A stretch of DNA of 47,402 nt from Candidatus Micrarchaeota archaeon (GTDB taxonomy: Archaea > Micrarchaeota > Micrarchaeia > Anstonellales > Bilamarchaeaceae), in the NCBI GenBank assembly GCA_029557835.1, contig JAKQHW010000060.1, positions 1 to 47,402 on the forward strand, read 5' to 3'. Of this stretch, positions 9,989-19,613 are shown one piece after another (positions within the stretch are counted from its first letter, which is position 1; each line of letters begins with the position of its first letter). Position numbers and translations under genes: made by a program. The notes under the pieces were generated by a model. The model did not search any database and was not told the origin of the DNA. It saw only the letters and a list, made by a program, of their open reading frames with translations.

Positions 9989-10041
9989 TAAATTGTTCGA
10001 ATGTGTACATGATTTTTAACGAATAACAATTTAAAAATGTG

Positions 10042-13000
10042 CTACTCCCTGAAAAACCTGCTGGTTTCGGGATAATAAATTTGCACCGGGTACTGGGAAT
10101 AGGTAGACATGATTATTTGCGCGAAATCCGCAATTGGGACCGCATCCCCGGATGCGAATGCTGTGTTGCCGAAGGCTTCGGCAAGCACTTCTCCGCGGTA
10201 ATTGGAGAAGAAACGCGCCGGATGGGCGCGGTATTCCGGGTCCTGTTGTGGCGTATAAAAAAGGTTGAGCATCATTTTCCCGGCCCATTCATCCGGCTTC
10301 TCCAGCACGGCTGCCTGATGTAGCAGGGCCAGCGCAATCCTTGCGAACTCCCTGCTGGAAACTGCCTCGTCCGTGGCATCGACCATGTACCTGGCGCGGA
10401 GGTATGCGTCTGAGATGGGGTCTGGGACATATGCAGTATAATCGGAACGGAACGATGATATGAGGGAATCCAGCTGCCCCTTTGCCGCATCCAAACCGTT
10501 TACGGTGAGAAGATAGTTGGACAATATGAAGAAATCGCCCATCCTCAGGCCATCCCAGGAGATTTCCGGATGGCTGGACATGAAGAGGGTTATGTTGTGG
10601 AGAAGGCCTCCCAACTGTTCCAGGTATTCCCCCGGGTCGGAAATTTCTCTCTGGGAGAGCGCCAGGGAGGCGGCATAGGCCAGGTTGAACCTCTTCTGCT
10701 GGTCCGGGATTAGCGAGCGCAGTCTTTCCGAGAAGGCGGAGTACGCGTCCCCTCCTTCGATGCGCCCGTGAGCGAGGAAAGCGGAATTAACAAGAAGCTC
10801 CATCCTCCGCTCATCCTGCCCTCCAAGGAAGCCCTGGAATTGGTCCTGCAGAAGCGTGTTGACAAACCACTCGTTCGCAGGGTCGGAGGCGAGCACGTCA
10901 AGCATATATCCGTAATTCTGCTGGGCCGCATTTAGTTCGCGGTAATAGGGGATATCATCCCTGGTGCGCATGTATGCGATGCCCCCGACGGCAAGGCCAC
11001 CCAATCCATAAGTTACGAGTTTCCGGCGTGCACGGGAGGCCTCCCTGAAAAGGTCGCGCAGGCTGCGTATTTCCTGGCGGGTGAGGGCCGTTCCCCCCTC
11101 CATCAATGCGGAGCTGGCCCATATGCCGTTTATCTCCTCAGAAAGTTCCCTTGCGAACCGGTCAAACCTCGCCTGGCTCACCCCGGAGGGGCGGTAGGCG
11201 CCAAAGGATGCCGCAACCTCTTCTGCGGACAACCTGGCATCCCCAAGCGCAATCGTGTAAAGCCTCCTGAGGAGCTCTCTTTCTTCCAGATTCATGCCAA
11301 GCTCTTTAGCCATCACGATTGCCCGTTCCCCTGCGCCCGCGGATGCGGCAAAGGCCATTCGCGATGGATTGGAAACTGGGATTTGGAGGGCCTCCGCTGC
11401 GGTCGCATCGAACGGGAGGTTTGCAGGCGGCCTCGGGCCCCTTATTGCGCCCCACGCCGCCCTTCCGCCTGCGATTGCAGCCTCGAAAACTAAGTTGGCC
11501 GCAGGGAACGTGTATGCGTGCTGCGCGTACATCTCGTTCCACCTGCTCCTGAGCGCGTCGAAACCTCCCCCCTCCAACGCGGCCGCGAATTCGTCTGGGC
11601 TGATTATCGGGTCGAGTACGGAGAAGCCTATGTAAAAAGTGCTCAAGCCACGCGCAGAGTAGGGGAACGCCACCCATTCCGCCATCTTTGGCAGCTGCAG
11701 GGTCTGCAGCCCGAACGGGCTTCCCAATCTCACAGTCGTATCTGCAATGGGCTGGGAAAGCCGGATTTGCTGGATTCCGTTTATTCCCCTGATGAACATG
11801 TATGCGCCGGCGCCGTAGACAACCGTGTCCGCTATCGCGCTCAGGATGTCCCCCCTCTGCACGTCCCTGTAAACGCTTAGCCCGGCGCCGACCGTCCCTG
11901 CCCCGAATGCGGATGTGGAGAAGAGGCGGGAAACCATTCCGGTACCCCCTGCCCAGGCCATTCCGCCGCACATCAGGAACTGGGTGCCAAGCCGGATGTC
12001 CTGCTCGGCCCTCTGCCCCGCTATCCCCTCGCCTCCAAAATGGTATATTCCATCCGCAAGGACTATTGATGCGGGGATTGTCGTGAGGGCCGCGGCAGTT
12101 GCGAAACCGCCCCTTGCGAACGCGGATGCGGTCGCGCGGACCCCGGCGCCTCCAAGCCCCACCGCCCCGCCTATCCCGGCAGTCGCTATTGTGGAGAGCA
12201 CGAGGAATTCCGTCCCCCTCTCGTTAAGGAAATGCTTCGAGAACGCATATGCCTTGTCCCAGAAGCCGCCTTCCCTGAAGCGCGTCTGCAGGTCTATGTT
12301 CTCCTGGATTTCAGATGCCTTTTCAAGCATGGAATTGAATGAAGAACTGAACGAGGAGAGATATCGCCTTGAGAAATCGAACATGGTGTCGAAATCTGCG
12401 GTTTGCGGGAAGCCGGCCGCACGCATCCCCCGGGGGCCAGAGAAGAACGCCCTCTTCTCCTCGGCACCGAAATACTGGGTGAGCGCGGGGGTATTGTGCA
12501 CGATCACATCTTCGACCATCTCGGCATATGCGAGCAGCTGCCCGCCCATCTCCCGCAGCTCCCTCTGGTAGCGCTCCATGGTCCCTGGAACGAGGAATTG
12601 GAGCACGTCGCTCCTGTCGCGCCTTCTCGCTTCCGCCCTCACCTCTTCATCTGTGAGGAATCCGGCGTCAGGTTGTATCTCCCTGCGGAATTCCACATAT
12701 TCCCTGTATTCCGCCTCCATCTGGAGGAATTTCGCCTTCGCCACGAAAAGCTGGAGCTGGCCGGAAACGTTGCGGAACTCCCTGAAGAGGGCAATGTCTG
12801 GTTCCGTCATCCCCCCTATCTCGATAGGGAGGCCGGAGGCGGGATGGAACGTGGAGCCGGGCGGGACCCCGAGCAGATATGCCGCCATTTCGTAGCTTAT
12901 ATCCCTTATCCGGCCCAGTATGGAATTGTACGAGCCCATCAGGCTGTGGAAAAGCTGCCTTTCCACTTCCGAGAAAGCGATGTCCTGGGACCATGCCCCG

Positions 13001-13899
13001 GATGGGTTCTCCACCATGTCCAGTGCGCGGCGCAGGCCCGAGCCCCGGGGCGCAGGGTCGAACGATTCGAAAGCATAAGCTATCCGGTGGAGCGCATTGG
13101 AATATTCCCTTTCCGCGGATTCCGCGAGCTGCGCTGTGGAATAAAGGAGCTGGGCCGCATCCGCATTCCCGTGCACAATTGAAGAAAGGGCTGAGAATGC
13201 CGCCGAATGTACCCGTTCGTAATGAGAGGAAAGCTCGTGTATTGTGTCCCCCACCAGCCCGGAATAAAGCATGTCGGAAACATTGAGCGCGTACATCTTT
13301 TTGCCCAGTTCGAATAGCTTGGAATAGACGAAAAGCGCCTGCATCATGGTGTTGGCATCCCTGCTTCCCGCCTCAAGAAGCATGGTGGAGAGCTGTACCC
13401 TCTCCTCTTCCGAGAAGGGGACGAACCAGTTGTTTACCAGCGTCACCATCGAGGGGTCGTTTGAATCGCGGATTATCGAATAGTGGGGAACGTGCCCAGG
13501 CCCTTGTGGCGCAAGCGATTCTATGAATTGGGTTAGGGTTTCGTTCTTGTATGCGTCGTCCGGAGGCACAAAAACCGCCATGAACTGGAGCCTGCCGGAA
13601 GTGAACATGTCTACATATTCCTCATCTATCCTCTCAGCTCGCGTTTCCCCTTCAGGGATAGACGCAAGGGTCGTTATGAATGCGTTGAAAAGCCCCTCAT
13701 CGGCGCTTATCCCCGCCGGGACTGTCCCGGGCATGAGCGCATACCTGTGCACCTCAAGCGCATTGCGGAGCGCCTGCTCTGCATCCGCGGGTATAGGGCT
13801 CCTGGCATCGACAACCCGGGGCTGCCCCTGTTCGAGCGAAACAGGGATGGTTTCCGGAACGGCGTTGTCTTCCCGCCTTGCCGTGCGCTGCGACTGCAT
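10042..13899 (-). CDS. Large hypothetical protein (1285 aa) with Gly/Ala-rich hydrophobic core
   Basis: 3.9-kb open frame; GGTG RBS-like and TTTATAAA TATA-like sequence upstream; no recognised family. Confidence 0.8.
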   Translation of the reverse strand: MQSQRTARREDNAVPETIPVSLEQGQPRVVDARSPIPADAEQALRNALEVHRYALMPGTVPAGISADEGLFNAFITTLASIPEGETRAERIDEEYVDMFTSGRLQFMAVFVPPDDAYKNETLTQFIESLAPQGPGHVPHYSIIRDSNDPSMVTLVNNWFVPFSEEERVQLSTMLLEAGSRDANTMMQALFVYSKLFELGKKMYALNVSDMLYSGLVGDTIHELSSHYERVHSAAFSALSSIVHGNADAAQLLYSTAQLAESAEREYSNALHRIAYAFESFDPAPRGSGLRRALDMVENPSGAWSQDIAFSEVERQLFHSLMGSYNSILGRIRDISYEMAAYLLGVPPGSTFHPASGLPIEIGGMTEPDIALFREFRNVSGQLQLFVAKAKFLQMEAEYREYVEFRREIQPDAGFLTDEEVRAEARRRDRSDVLQFLVPGTMERYQRELREMGGQLLAYAEMVEDVIVHNTPALTQYFGAEEKRAFFSGPRGMRAAGFPQTADFDTMFDFSRRYLSSFSSSFNSMLEKASEIQENIDLQTRFREGGFWDKAYAFSKHFLNERGTEFLVLSTIATAGIGGAVGLGGAGVRATASAFARGGFATAAALTTIPASIVLADGIYHFGGEGIAGQRAEQDIRLGTQFLMCGGMAWAGGTGMVSRLFSTSAFGAGTVGAGLSVYRDVQRGDILSAIADTVVYGAGAYMFIRGINGIQQIRLSQPIADTTVRLGSPFGLQTLQLPKMAEWVAFPYSARGLSTFYIGFSVLDPIISPDEFAAALEGGGFDALRSRWNEMYAQHAYTFPAANLVFEAAIAGGRAAWGAIRGPRPPANLPFDATAAEALQIPVSNPSRMAFAASAGAGERAIVMAKELGMNLEERELLRRLYTIALGDARLSAEEVAASFGAYRPSGVSQARFDRFARELSEEINGIWASSALMEGGTALTRQEIRSLRDLFREASRARRKLVTYGLGGLAVGGIAYMRTRDDIPYYRELNAAQQNYGYMLDVLASDPANEWFVNTLLQDQFQGFLGGQDERRMELLVNSAFLAHGRIEGGDAYSAFSERLRSLIPDQQKRFNLAYAASLALSQREISDPGEYLEQLGGLLHNITLFMSSHPEISWDGLRMGDFFILSNYLLTVNGLDAAKGQLDSLISSFRSDYTAYVPDPISDAYLRARYMVDATDEAVSSREFARIALALLHQAAVLEKPDEWAGKMMLNLFYTPQQDPEYRAHPARFFSNYRGEVLAEAFGNTAFASGDAVPIADFAQIIMSTYSQYPVQIYYPETSRFFRE

Positions 13900-14019
13900 C
13901 GATGCACCACTATAACTTGCGTTTTTTACATTTATAAACCTATATGGGTTTTGCGCCGGATTCCCCCATGATTAAAAACCGTTTGTATATTAACAACCAT
14001 TAGCCATCAGGTGTTCCGC

Positions 14020-15114
14020 ATGGGAAAGATAAAGGTTGGGATAATAGGGGTCGGGAACTGCTTTTCGGGATTGGCGCAGGGGATTGAATACTACAAGAGG
14101 AACCCGAAGAGGGAAGTGACCGGGATAATGCACGAGAGGATAGGCGGCTATTCAATCCACGACATAGAGTTTGTGTGCGGCTTTGATGTCGCGGAAAACA
14201 AGGTGGGCAAGCCGCTCGCTGAGGCGATTTATGCCTCGCCGAACGAGGTGCGCTGGGTGGACTCGGTCTCAAACTGCCCGGGAAATGTCCTGGAATCCCC
14301 TGTGCTGGACGGGATAGGGATATATATGCAGAACAGGATTGTGCCCGTGAAATCCACAAAAACCGGGGAACAGCTGAAGAAGGAGGCGGTTGCGGAGATA
14401 AAAAGGAGCGGGGCGCGCATACTCCTGAACTACCTGCCCGTGGGTTCGCAGAAGGCGACGGAGTTCTGGGCGGATGTTGCGCTGGAGGCCGGATGCGCGT
14501 TCGTGAACAACATGCCTGTGTTCATAGCGAGCGACAAGGGATGGGCGAGGAAATTCGCTGAGAGGAAACTGCCGGTGGTGGGCGACGACATAAAGTCCCA
14601 GCTCGGCTCCACGATTGTGCACAGGGTGATGGCCAAATTATGCGTGGACCGCGGGGTGGAGATAGACAAAACGTACCAGATAAACGTGGGCGGGAACACG
14701 GACTTCATCACGATGCTGGAACGCGACAGGCTGGAGAGCAAGAAAATCTCTAAGACGGAGGCCGTGCAGAGCCAATTGAAAAAAAGGCTGCCGGACGACA
14801 GGATTTACGTGGGGCCCTCGGACTTCATCCCGTTCCTGGGGAACACGAAACTGGCGTTCATAAGGCTGGAGGGGAAGATGTTCGCGGACGTGCCTTACAA
14901 TCTGGAGATGAGGCTGGAGGTGGACGACAAGGCCAACAGCGGCGGGACGACAATTGAAGCGATAAGGTGCTGCCAGCTCGCGCTGGACCGCGGGCTGGGG
15001 GGAGAGATAAACTCCGCAAGCGCGTACCTTATGAAGCACCCGCCGGTCCAATATGGGGATTCGGAGGCCAGGGATGCCATTAATGCGTTCATAGAGGGGA
15101 AAAGGAAGGATTAG
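14020..15114 (+). CDS. ino1: myo-inositol-1-phosphate synthase
   Basis: GVGNC Rossmann motif, NYLPVGS, GDDIKSQLG, QINVGGNTDF, SKKISKT. Confidence 0.95.
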   Translation: MGKIKVGIIGVGNCFSGLAQGIEYYKRNPKREVTGIMHERIGGYSIHDIEFVCGFDVAENKVGKPLAEAIYASPNEVRWVDSVSNCPGNVLESPVLDGIGIYMQNRIVPVKSTKTGEQLKKEAVAEIKRSGARILLNYLPVGSQKATEFWADVALEAGCAFVNNMPVFIASDKGWARKFAERKLPVVGDDIKSQLGSTIVHRVMAKLCVDRGVEIDKTYQINVGGNTDFITMLERDRLESKKISKTEAVQSQLKKRLPDDRIYVGPSDFIPFLGNTKLAFIRLEGKMFADVPYNLEMRLEVDDKANSGGTTIEAIRCCQLALDRGLGGEINSASAYLMKHPPVQYGDSEARDAINAFIEGKRKD

Positions 15115-15711
15115 ATGCTGAAATCGGGCGGGATGGCCGGGGGGGTCTCATCCTCCCTGGGAAAATATTTGGGATGGGTCCCGCTCAGCCCAAACCAGAT
15201 TACCGTGCTCGCAGTCCTGTGCGCAATCGCAGGGTTCGGGCTTTTCTATTTGGGTGAATATTGGCTCGGGCTTGCGGCCTTTGCGCTCGCTTTCCTTTTG
15301 GATGCGGTGGACGGCGCGGTCGCGCGTGCGCGCGGGGAAACAAGCAAAATGGGGGGATTTTTGGACGGGGTCTCCGACAGGCTGGTGGAGTTCTTTTTGC
15401 TCATCTCCTTGTTGTTCGTGCCTTTGGGGATGCCGTACGCGCCTGATGCGTTCTGGATAATCCTTGTATTGTTCTTCGGGACTTGCATGGCCGCGTTCGT
15501 GAAGGCGTACGCGGCATACCAGGGGGCGCTCACCAGGGAAGAGGCGGATAAAATGCCGGGAATATTGGAAAGGGGGGAAAGGGGGGCGTTCCTGATGCTC
15601 TTCGTTTTCCTTGTGCTCTATGGATTCGCATACGCATGGGTTTTGTTTGCGGCAATCGCCCTGCTCTCAATCCTTACCTTCCTGCAGAGGCTTCGGTTCG
15701 TGGTCAAATAG
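15115..15711 (+). CDS. CDP-alcohol phosphatidyltransferase, likely archaetidylinositol-phosphate synthase
   Basis: PNQIT and DAVDGAVARARG..GGFLDGVSDR signature; abuts ino1. Confidence 0.9.
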   Translation: MLKSGGMAGGVSSSLGKYLGWVPLSPNQITVLAVLCAIAGFGLFYLGEYWLGLAAFALAFLLDAVDGAVARARGETSKMGGFLDGVSDRLVEFFLLISLLFVPLGMPYAPDAFWIILVLFFGTCMAAFVKAYAAYQGALTREEADKMPGILERGERGAFLMLFVFLVLYGFAYAWVLFAAIALLSILTFLQRLRFVVK

Positions 15712-16329
15712 CTTCCTCTGCTTGACGGTTTCAAGGGTTTTCCATTTCTCCCTTATGTAAGGGCGGAGGAGCGCAAGCGAGCGCTTGTCCTTGAGCGCCG
15801 CGCGCGTCTTGGGGTCCCCCGGGTATCCGCTCCCGAAATCCATGGTGGAGGACTTTATCTCCTCTATCCTCCTGTCCCTTTCCACCTTGGCGCAGATTGA
15901 GGCGGCGGCCACTATAGGGTGCTTCTCGTCCGCCTTGTGCTCGGCCTCGAACCGCTTCACGCCGAACTTCTCCATCCTTTTCCTGAAGGTCCAGGCGTAC
16001 CTGTCCGGCATGTCTATCATCACGTCGCATTCCCCGGCTTTTTTTATCAGGTCGGCCATCGCCTTCGCCTCGATGTCGTTCAGGGACATCCTCCCCATCA
16101 GGGAATTGAGGTCGGACGCGGAAAGCTCGGTGAGCCGGAACGTGCAGAACTTCTTCAGCTCGGAAAGGATTTCCGCGCGCTGGGAGGGGGTGAGCTGCTT
16201 GGAGTCCCTGGAAGCGAACTTCTTCAGGAGCCGGGAGTCCTCCCTTTTGCACATCGCACAGCAGATCATGAGGGGGCCGAGGACCGGGCCGCGCCCCGCC
16301 TCATCAATGCCCGCTATCATCCCTCCCAT
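15667..16329 (-). CDS. rnhB: Ribonuclease HII
   Basis: GIDEAGRGP, RDSKQL, KAD..VAAASICAKV, GSGYPGD, C-terminal PIP-box-like QRKLF. Confidence 0.96.
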   Translation of the reverse strand: MGGMIAGIDEAGRGPVLGPLMICCAMCKREDSRLLKKFASRDSKQLTPSQRAEILSELKKFCTFRLTELSASDLNSLMGRMSLNDIEAKAMADLIKKAGECDVMIDMPDRYAWTFRKRMEKFGVKRFEAEHKADEKHPIVAAASICAKVERDRRIEEIKSSTMDFGSGYPGDPKTRAALKDKRSLALLRPYIREKWKTLETVKQRKLFDHEPKPLQEGKD

Positions 16330-16423
16330 GGGTTAGGATTGCCTCCGAAGGTTTATAGAATTTGGCGTTGCCCCGGCTGGGGGATGGAAAACAACCAAAA
16401 GCAGGAAGATGGAGACAAAATGC

Positions 16424-16690
16424 TCAGGATTGGCCGCCGCCCAGCGTCCTCTTCTCGACGATTATGAAGTCGCCGACCGCAAGGACGGAGTCGTACGGGC
16501 AGAGTATGAAGCCCTCCTCGTCCTTCATGGACTCCAGGTTCGCCTTGTCCGGGTTCGGGTCCACGACAAGCTCCTCGACCTTGCCGGTTATCTCGTTGAT
16601 GTTCATGTCAACAAGCTTCCCAAACTCCTCGCCCTCGTTGGTGATCACTTTTTTTCCCGTGAGCTGCCTTGCCAGGCTGTATTTTGCCAT
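16424..16690 (-). CDS. PRC-barrel domain protein (CdpB-like)
   Basis: LTGKKVITNEGEEFGKLVDMNINEITGKV...PYDSVLAVGDFIIV pattern, 88 aa. Confidence 0.85.
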   Translation of the reverse strand: MAKYSLARQLTGKKVITNEGEEFGKLVDMNINEITGKVEELVVDPNPDKANLESMKDEEGFILCPYDSVLAVGDFIIVEKRTLGGGQS

Positions 16691-16751
16691 TTGAACACCT
16701 GCTTGCTTGTTTATAGTTTAAACATTTAAAAAACTACGCATGCGCGCCGCA

Positions 16752-17891
16752 TCAGGGATTGAGCCATTCTATCTCGAAATACTCGTACCTGCTCCCCGGG
16801 AGGGAGATGCGGCGCACAAGGTAGTATGTGACAGATGTTTCGCGGTCCGAGATTGCGACCACGAGCTCGAGCCCCCTTTCCGCGCATTCGGAGAGCGCCT
16901 GTGCGAGCTCGACGCCCCCCAGGTACTCGTCCTCGGTGAGCGCGAGGGAGAGGAAGGACGGCTCCCCGTCGCGGGGGCTCTCGGGCGCCTGGCCCCTGCG
17001 ATGGTAGAGGGCGAAGTCGCACACCCTCCCCGGCCTCGCGCCTTTCCCCGGCACCGCGAGTATGAACGTCTTCTTCACGGAATGCGCCAGGCGGATCGCG
17101 CGGGCCCATTCGGAGATGAGGAGCTTGCTCCTGCGCGGGAAGACATGGAGCACGTGCCTCGAATGCGTCCATTCCGCGCCCTTTGCCGGGGAGGCGCCGG
17201 GGAAATAGACGCGGAAATGCGAGCCGAACTTGAAGCCGGTCTTGACCACGAACCCTTTCTCCCTCCAGTCGGAATAGACTTCGTACATCTCCCTGAAGTA
17301 GCGGATGCGCCCCTCCGCATGGGAGAGGATTTTGGATGCGGGCGTGCCGCAGGAGAGTATGCCCTTGCCCATCAGGAAGAGCGTCTCGAAGGCGTCAAGC
17401 TTGGATATCGTCCCCTTGTGTGCGGCCTTGTATGTCCCGTATTGCCCGAACCACCCCTGTTCGTACAGCTTTTTCCCCTCGGGGGAGTCCACCGTGGTCA
17501 GCATATCCTCCGGGAAAAAGCAGCCCTCGGCCTCCGCCTGGGGAAGGTTCGGGCGCTGGGAAGGGTATTCCGCCCGGGCGCCCCTTGAGTATGTGCCGAG
17601 TATGGATTTGGAATCGGACAGGAAAAGCCCCCTGTCCCTCCAGTCCTTGAAAACAAGGTAGCGGGCGAGCAGCTTCGGCCTGCGGAGCCTGGAGGCGAGC
17701 CGGTTGAAGGTTACGGGCCTGCCCTTGGAATCCTTGCAGGATGCGCCCCTGCTGTCCATCAGGTACAGGGCCTCCTCGGGGGAGAGGAACACCTTCCCCT
17801 GCCTGTGGGTGCCGAACTGGCCCCTTGCCAGGAGGCCCACCGTTTCAGCGCCCCCTGCATAAACCTCCTTTCCGTTGAATGCGAGTTCCAC
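16752..17891 (-). CDS. endA: tRNA-intron endonuclease, epsilon2 type
   Basis: Repeated EndA units (LSPEEALYL, VFKDWRDRG, VYSDWREKGFVVKTGFKFG); catalytic Y (FRVY), H (WTHS), K (SVKK); ASL-like loop GTYK; likely GTG start at 17891 (about 379 aa). Confidence 0.9.
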   Translation of the reverse strand: MELAFNGKEVYAGGAETVGLLARGQFGTHRQGKVFLSPEEALYLMDSRGASCKDSKGRPVTFNRLASRLRRPKLLARYLVFKDWRDRGLFLSDSKSILGTYSRGARAEYPSQRPNLPQAEAEGCFFPEDMLTTVDSPEGKKLYEQGWFGQYGTYKAAHKGTISKLDAFETLFLMGKGILSCGTPASKILSHAEGRIRYFREMYEVYSDWREKGFVVKTGFKFGSHFRVYFPGASPAKGAEWTHSRHVLHVFPRRSKLLISEWARAIRLAHSVKKTFILAVPGKGARPGRVCDFALYHRRGQAPESPRDGEPSFLSLALTEDEYLGGVELAQALSECAERGLELVVAISDRETSVTYYLVRRISLPGSRYEYFEIEWLNP

Positions 17892-17936
17892 GCGGACTAT
17901 TCCACCGGGGAGGTATAAAATGCTTGCTGCGGATGT

Positions 17937-18338
17937 GTGCGCATGCATAGCGAGAAGGCGCCGGACGTGCAGGTGATGCTCGACGACGTGCTGGCGCGCA
18001 CCGGGCTGGGGCACGTGGTGTCCCCGCGCATAATCTGCATGAGGAGCCGCGGGGCGAAGGCGAGGGCGTATGCGAGGATATGGAGCCTCCCCGCGATATG
18101 GAGGGAGGCGCTGGAAATCAACCCGTTCTATGTGATTGAGGTTTTGGGCGAGAACTACGACCCGCTGCCCGAGGAAAAGAAGAGGAAGGTGCTCATCCAC
18201 GAGCTGCTGCACATACCTAAAAAATTCTCAGGCGGGCTTGTGCCGCACACCCACCCCGGGGGAAGGATAGACGCGAAGGCTGTGGAGAAGGTATACCGGG
18301 AATATCTGCAGAACAGGTCAAAGGAACCGTATGAGTAG
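17937..18338 (+). CDS. Putative zinc metallopeptidase (small archaeal family)
   Basis: RSRGAKARAYARIW and HELLHIP (HExxH). Confidence 0.8.
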   Translation: MRMHSEKAPDVQVMLDDVLARTGLGHVVSPRIICMRSRGAKARAYARIWSLPAIWREALEINPFYVIEVLGENYDPLPEEKKRKVLIHELLHIPKKFSGGLVPHTHPGGRIDAKAVEKVYREYLQNRSKEPYE

Positions 18339-18659
18339 CCCGAGGGGGCTTGCGGTTGCGGGCGTGGGCTCGGCGCGCCTCCCCCCTTCCGGAAGCGGCT
18401 GGGGAGGCTTTAATTCCTCGACCACAACCTTCCCCCCGACTCCGGAAAGCAGTTCACTCACCGCGTCCCGGTATGTGGATTTCCCGGTGGATGCGAGGGC
18501 CAGTTCCAGCGCCGGCTCAATCCCCCTGAAATGCAGCTTTATCCAGGTGCGCCTGTGGTTTATGCCGTAGCCGTGGAGCCCGCTGCGGGTGAGCAGGGTG
18601 GCCCCGTGGAGCATGGAAAGCCGCCTCTCCGCCATGTGCGCCGGATGGAAGGAACCCAT
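18318..18659 (-). CDS. Hypothetical protein
   Basis: 113-aa ORF filling the gap downstream of the EndA-like gene; no motif. Confidence 0.4.
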   Translation of the reverse strand: MGSFHPAHMAERRLSMLHGATLLTRSGLHGYGINHRRTWIKLHFRGIEPALELALASTGKSTYRDAVSELLSGVGGKVVVEELKPPQPLPEGGRRAEPTPATASPLGLLIRFL

Positions 18660-18695
18660 GCAAAAGGATTGTTGCGGAGATGTTTTAACGCTATT

Positions 18696-19151
18696 CTAAT
18701 CGAAATTTACGCGCATCGCCTTCACGAACTCTATTTTCTCCCCAACGAATGCGTAAATCAATTCCTTGCGCATCTTTCCGGCGATTTTCAGGTCTGCGCG
18801 GATATCCGGGATGCCGGATTTGCGCAGGGCGCGGATCAGGTAGAGGGTGCGGTCTTCCCCGACCCTTATCCCTTTCTTGTAGACGCGCAGGAAATTTGCG
18901 TCCCCAGAGGCGCGCACGATGAAGCCTGCGCTGCGCAGGTGCTTCAGGACCAGGTATTTCTCCGGGGCCAGGGGGTCGGACTTTTCCGCGAGGGAGAGGA
19001 ATTCCTCCGCGCTGCCCTCTATTTCCCCCTTTTCCGCGAAATATGCGGCCTCGAGGTGGGAAAGGAATGCCTTTCCGCCTTCCTCAGCCGCGCCGAGGAG
19101 GATGAGGCGCCGGGCCTTCCCCGGCTCGCTAATAAGCAGGCCTTCCTTCAC
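18696..19151 (-). CDS. EndA-like single-unit protein, probably non-catalytic
   Basis: LSHLEAAYF, KYLVLKHLRSAGFIVR, LRVYKKG, MRKELIYA resemble an EndA unit; no His at the catalytic position. Confidence 0.7.
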   Translation of the reverse strand: MKEGLLISEPGKARRLILLGAAEEGGKAFLSHLEAAYFAEKGEIEGSAEEFLSLAEKSDPLAPEKYLVLKHLRSAGFIVRASGDANFLRVYKKGIRVGEDRTLYLIRALRKSGIPDIRADLKIAGKMRKELIYAFVGEKIEFVKAMRVNFD

Positions 19152-19608
19152 TGGTACCGCCCCGGTGTATCCTGGACTGGATGTATGAGAGCGCCTCCTC
19201 CAGATCCTTGGAAGGTATGTCGCCCATGCTTATCTCCATGCCCGAGCTCGCGAGGGTGTCCACCCTTATCTTCCCGACCATGAAAATCCTGTCGAATATG
19301 TTCCTCTCCACGTGCACGTTGTCCACCTTGCTGAAGGGTATGAAGCGCGTCTTCACGTTTATTATCCCGGTGCGGGAGGTGACGCCCTCCCCGGTGACTT
19401 CCAGGGTCTGGAGCCTGGAGCGCACGAACGCGGCGATTGCGGCGAGGAGCATGAGCCCCCATATCACGTAATATCCATAGGTGGGGATGGGGGCCGGGAG
19501 CGTGAAAAATCTGTTTATCTCCATCCATGCGTACGAGCCTAGGATTGCGAGCAGGAGCGCCTTCGCGTACATTATCCTTCCGGTGGTGGGTATCTTCCCG
19601 GGCATCAT
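19129..19608 (-). CDS. Membrane protein with bacterial PH (bPH_2) domain
   Basis: Two TM helices then RTGIINVKTRFIPFSKVDNVHVERNIFDRIFMVGKIRVDT. Confidence 0.85.
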   Translation of the reverse strand: MMPGKIPTTGRIMYAKALLLAILGSYAWMEINRFFTLPAPIPTYGYYVIWGLMLLAAIAAFVRSRLQTLEVTGEGVTSRTGIINVKTRFIPFSKVDNVHVERNIFDRIFMVGKIRVDTLASSGMEISMGDIPSKDLEEALSYIQSRIHRGGTSEGRPAY

Positions 19609-19613
19609 GGGTA

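Noticed and set aside
6590..13899. Provirus or tape-measure region
   Set aside because: No capsid, terminase, portal, integrase or att repeats nearby; flanked by core genes
15667..15711. 45-bp convergent overlap of AIP synthase and rnhB
   Set aside because: Short 3' overlaps are common throughout this compact genome
17892..18212. N-terminal extension of EndA in the ORF track
   Set aside because: Antisense to the metallopeptidase gene; EndA similarity begins near 17891
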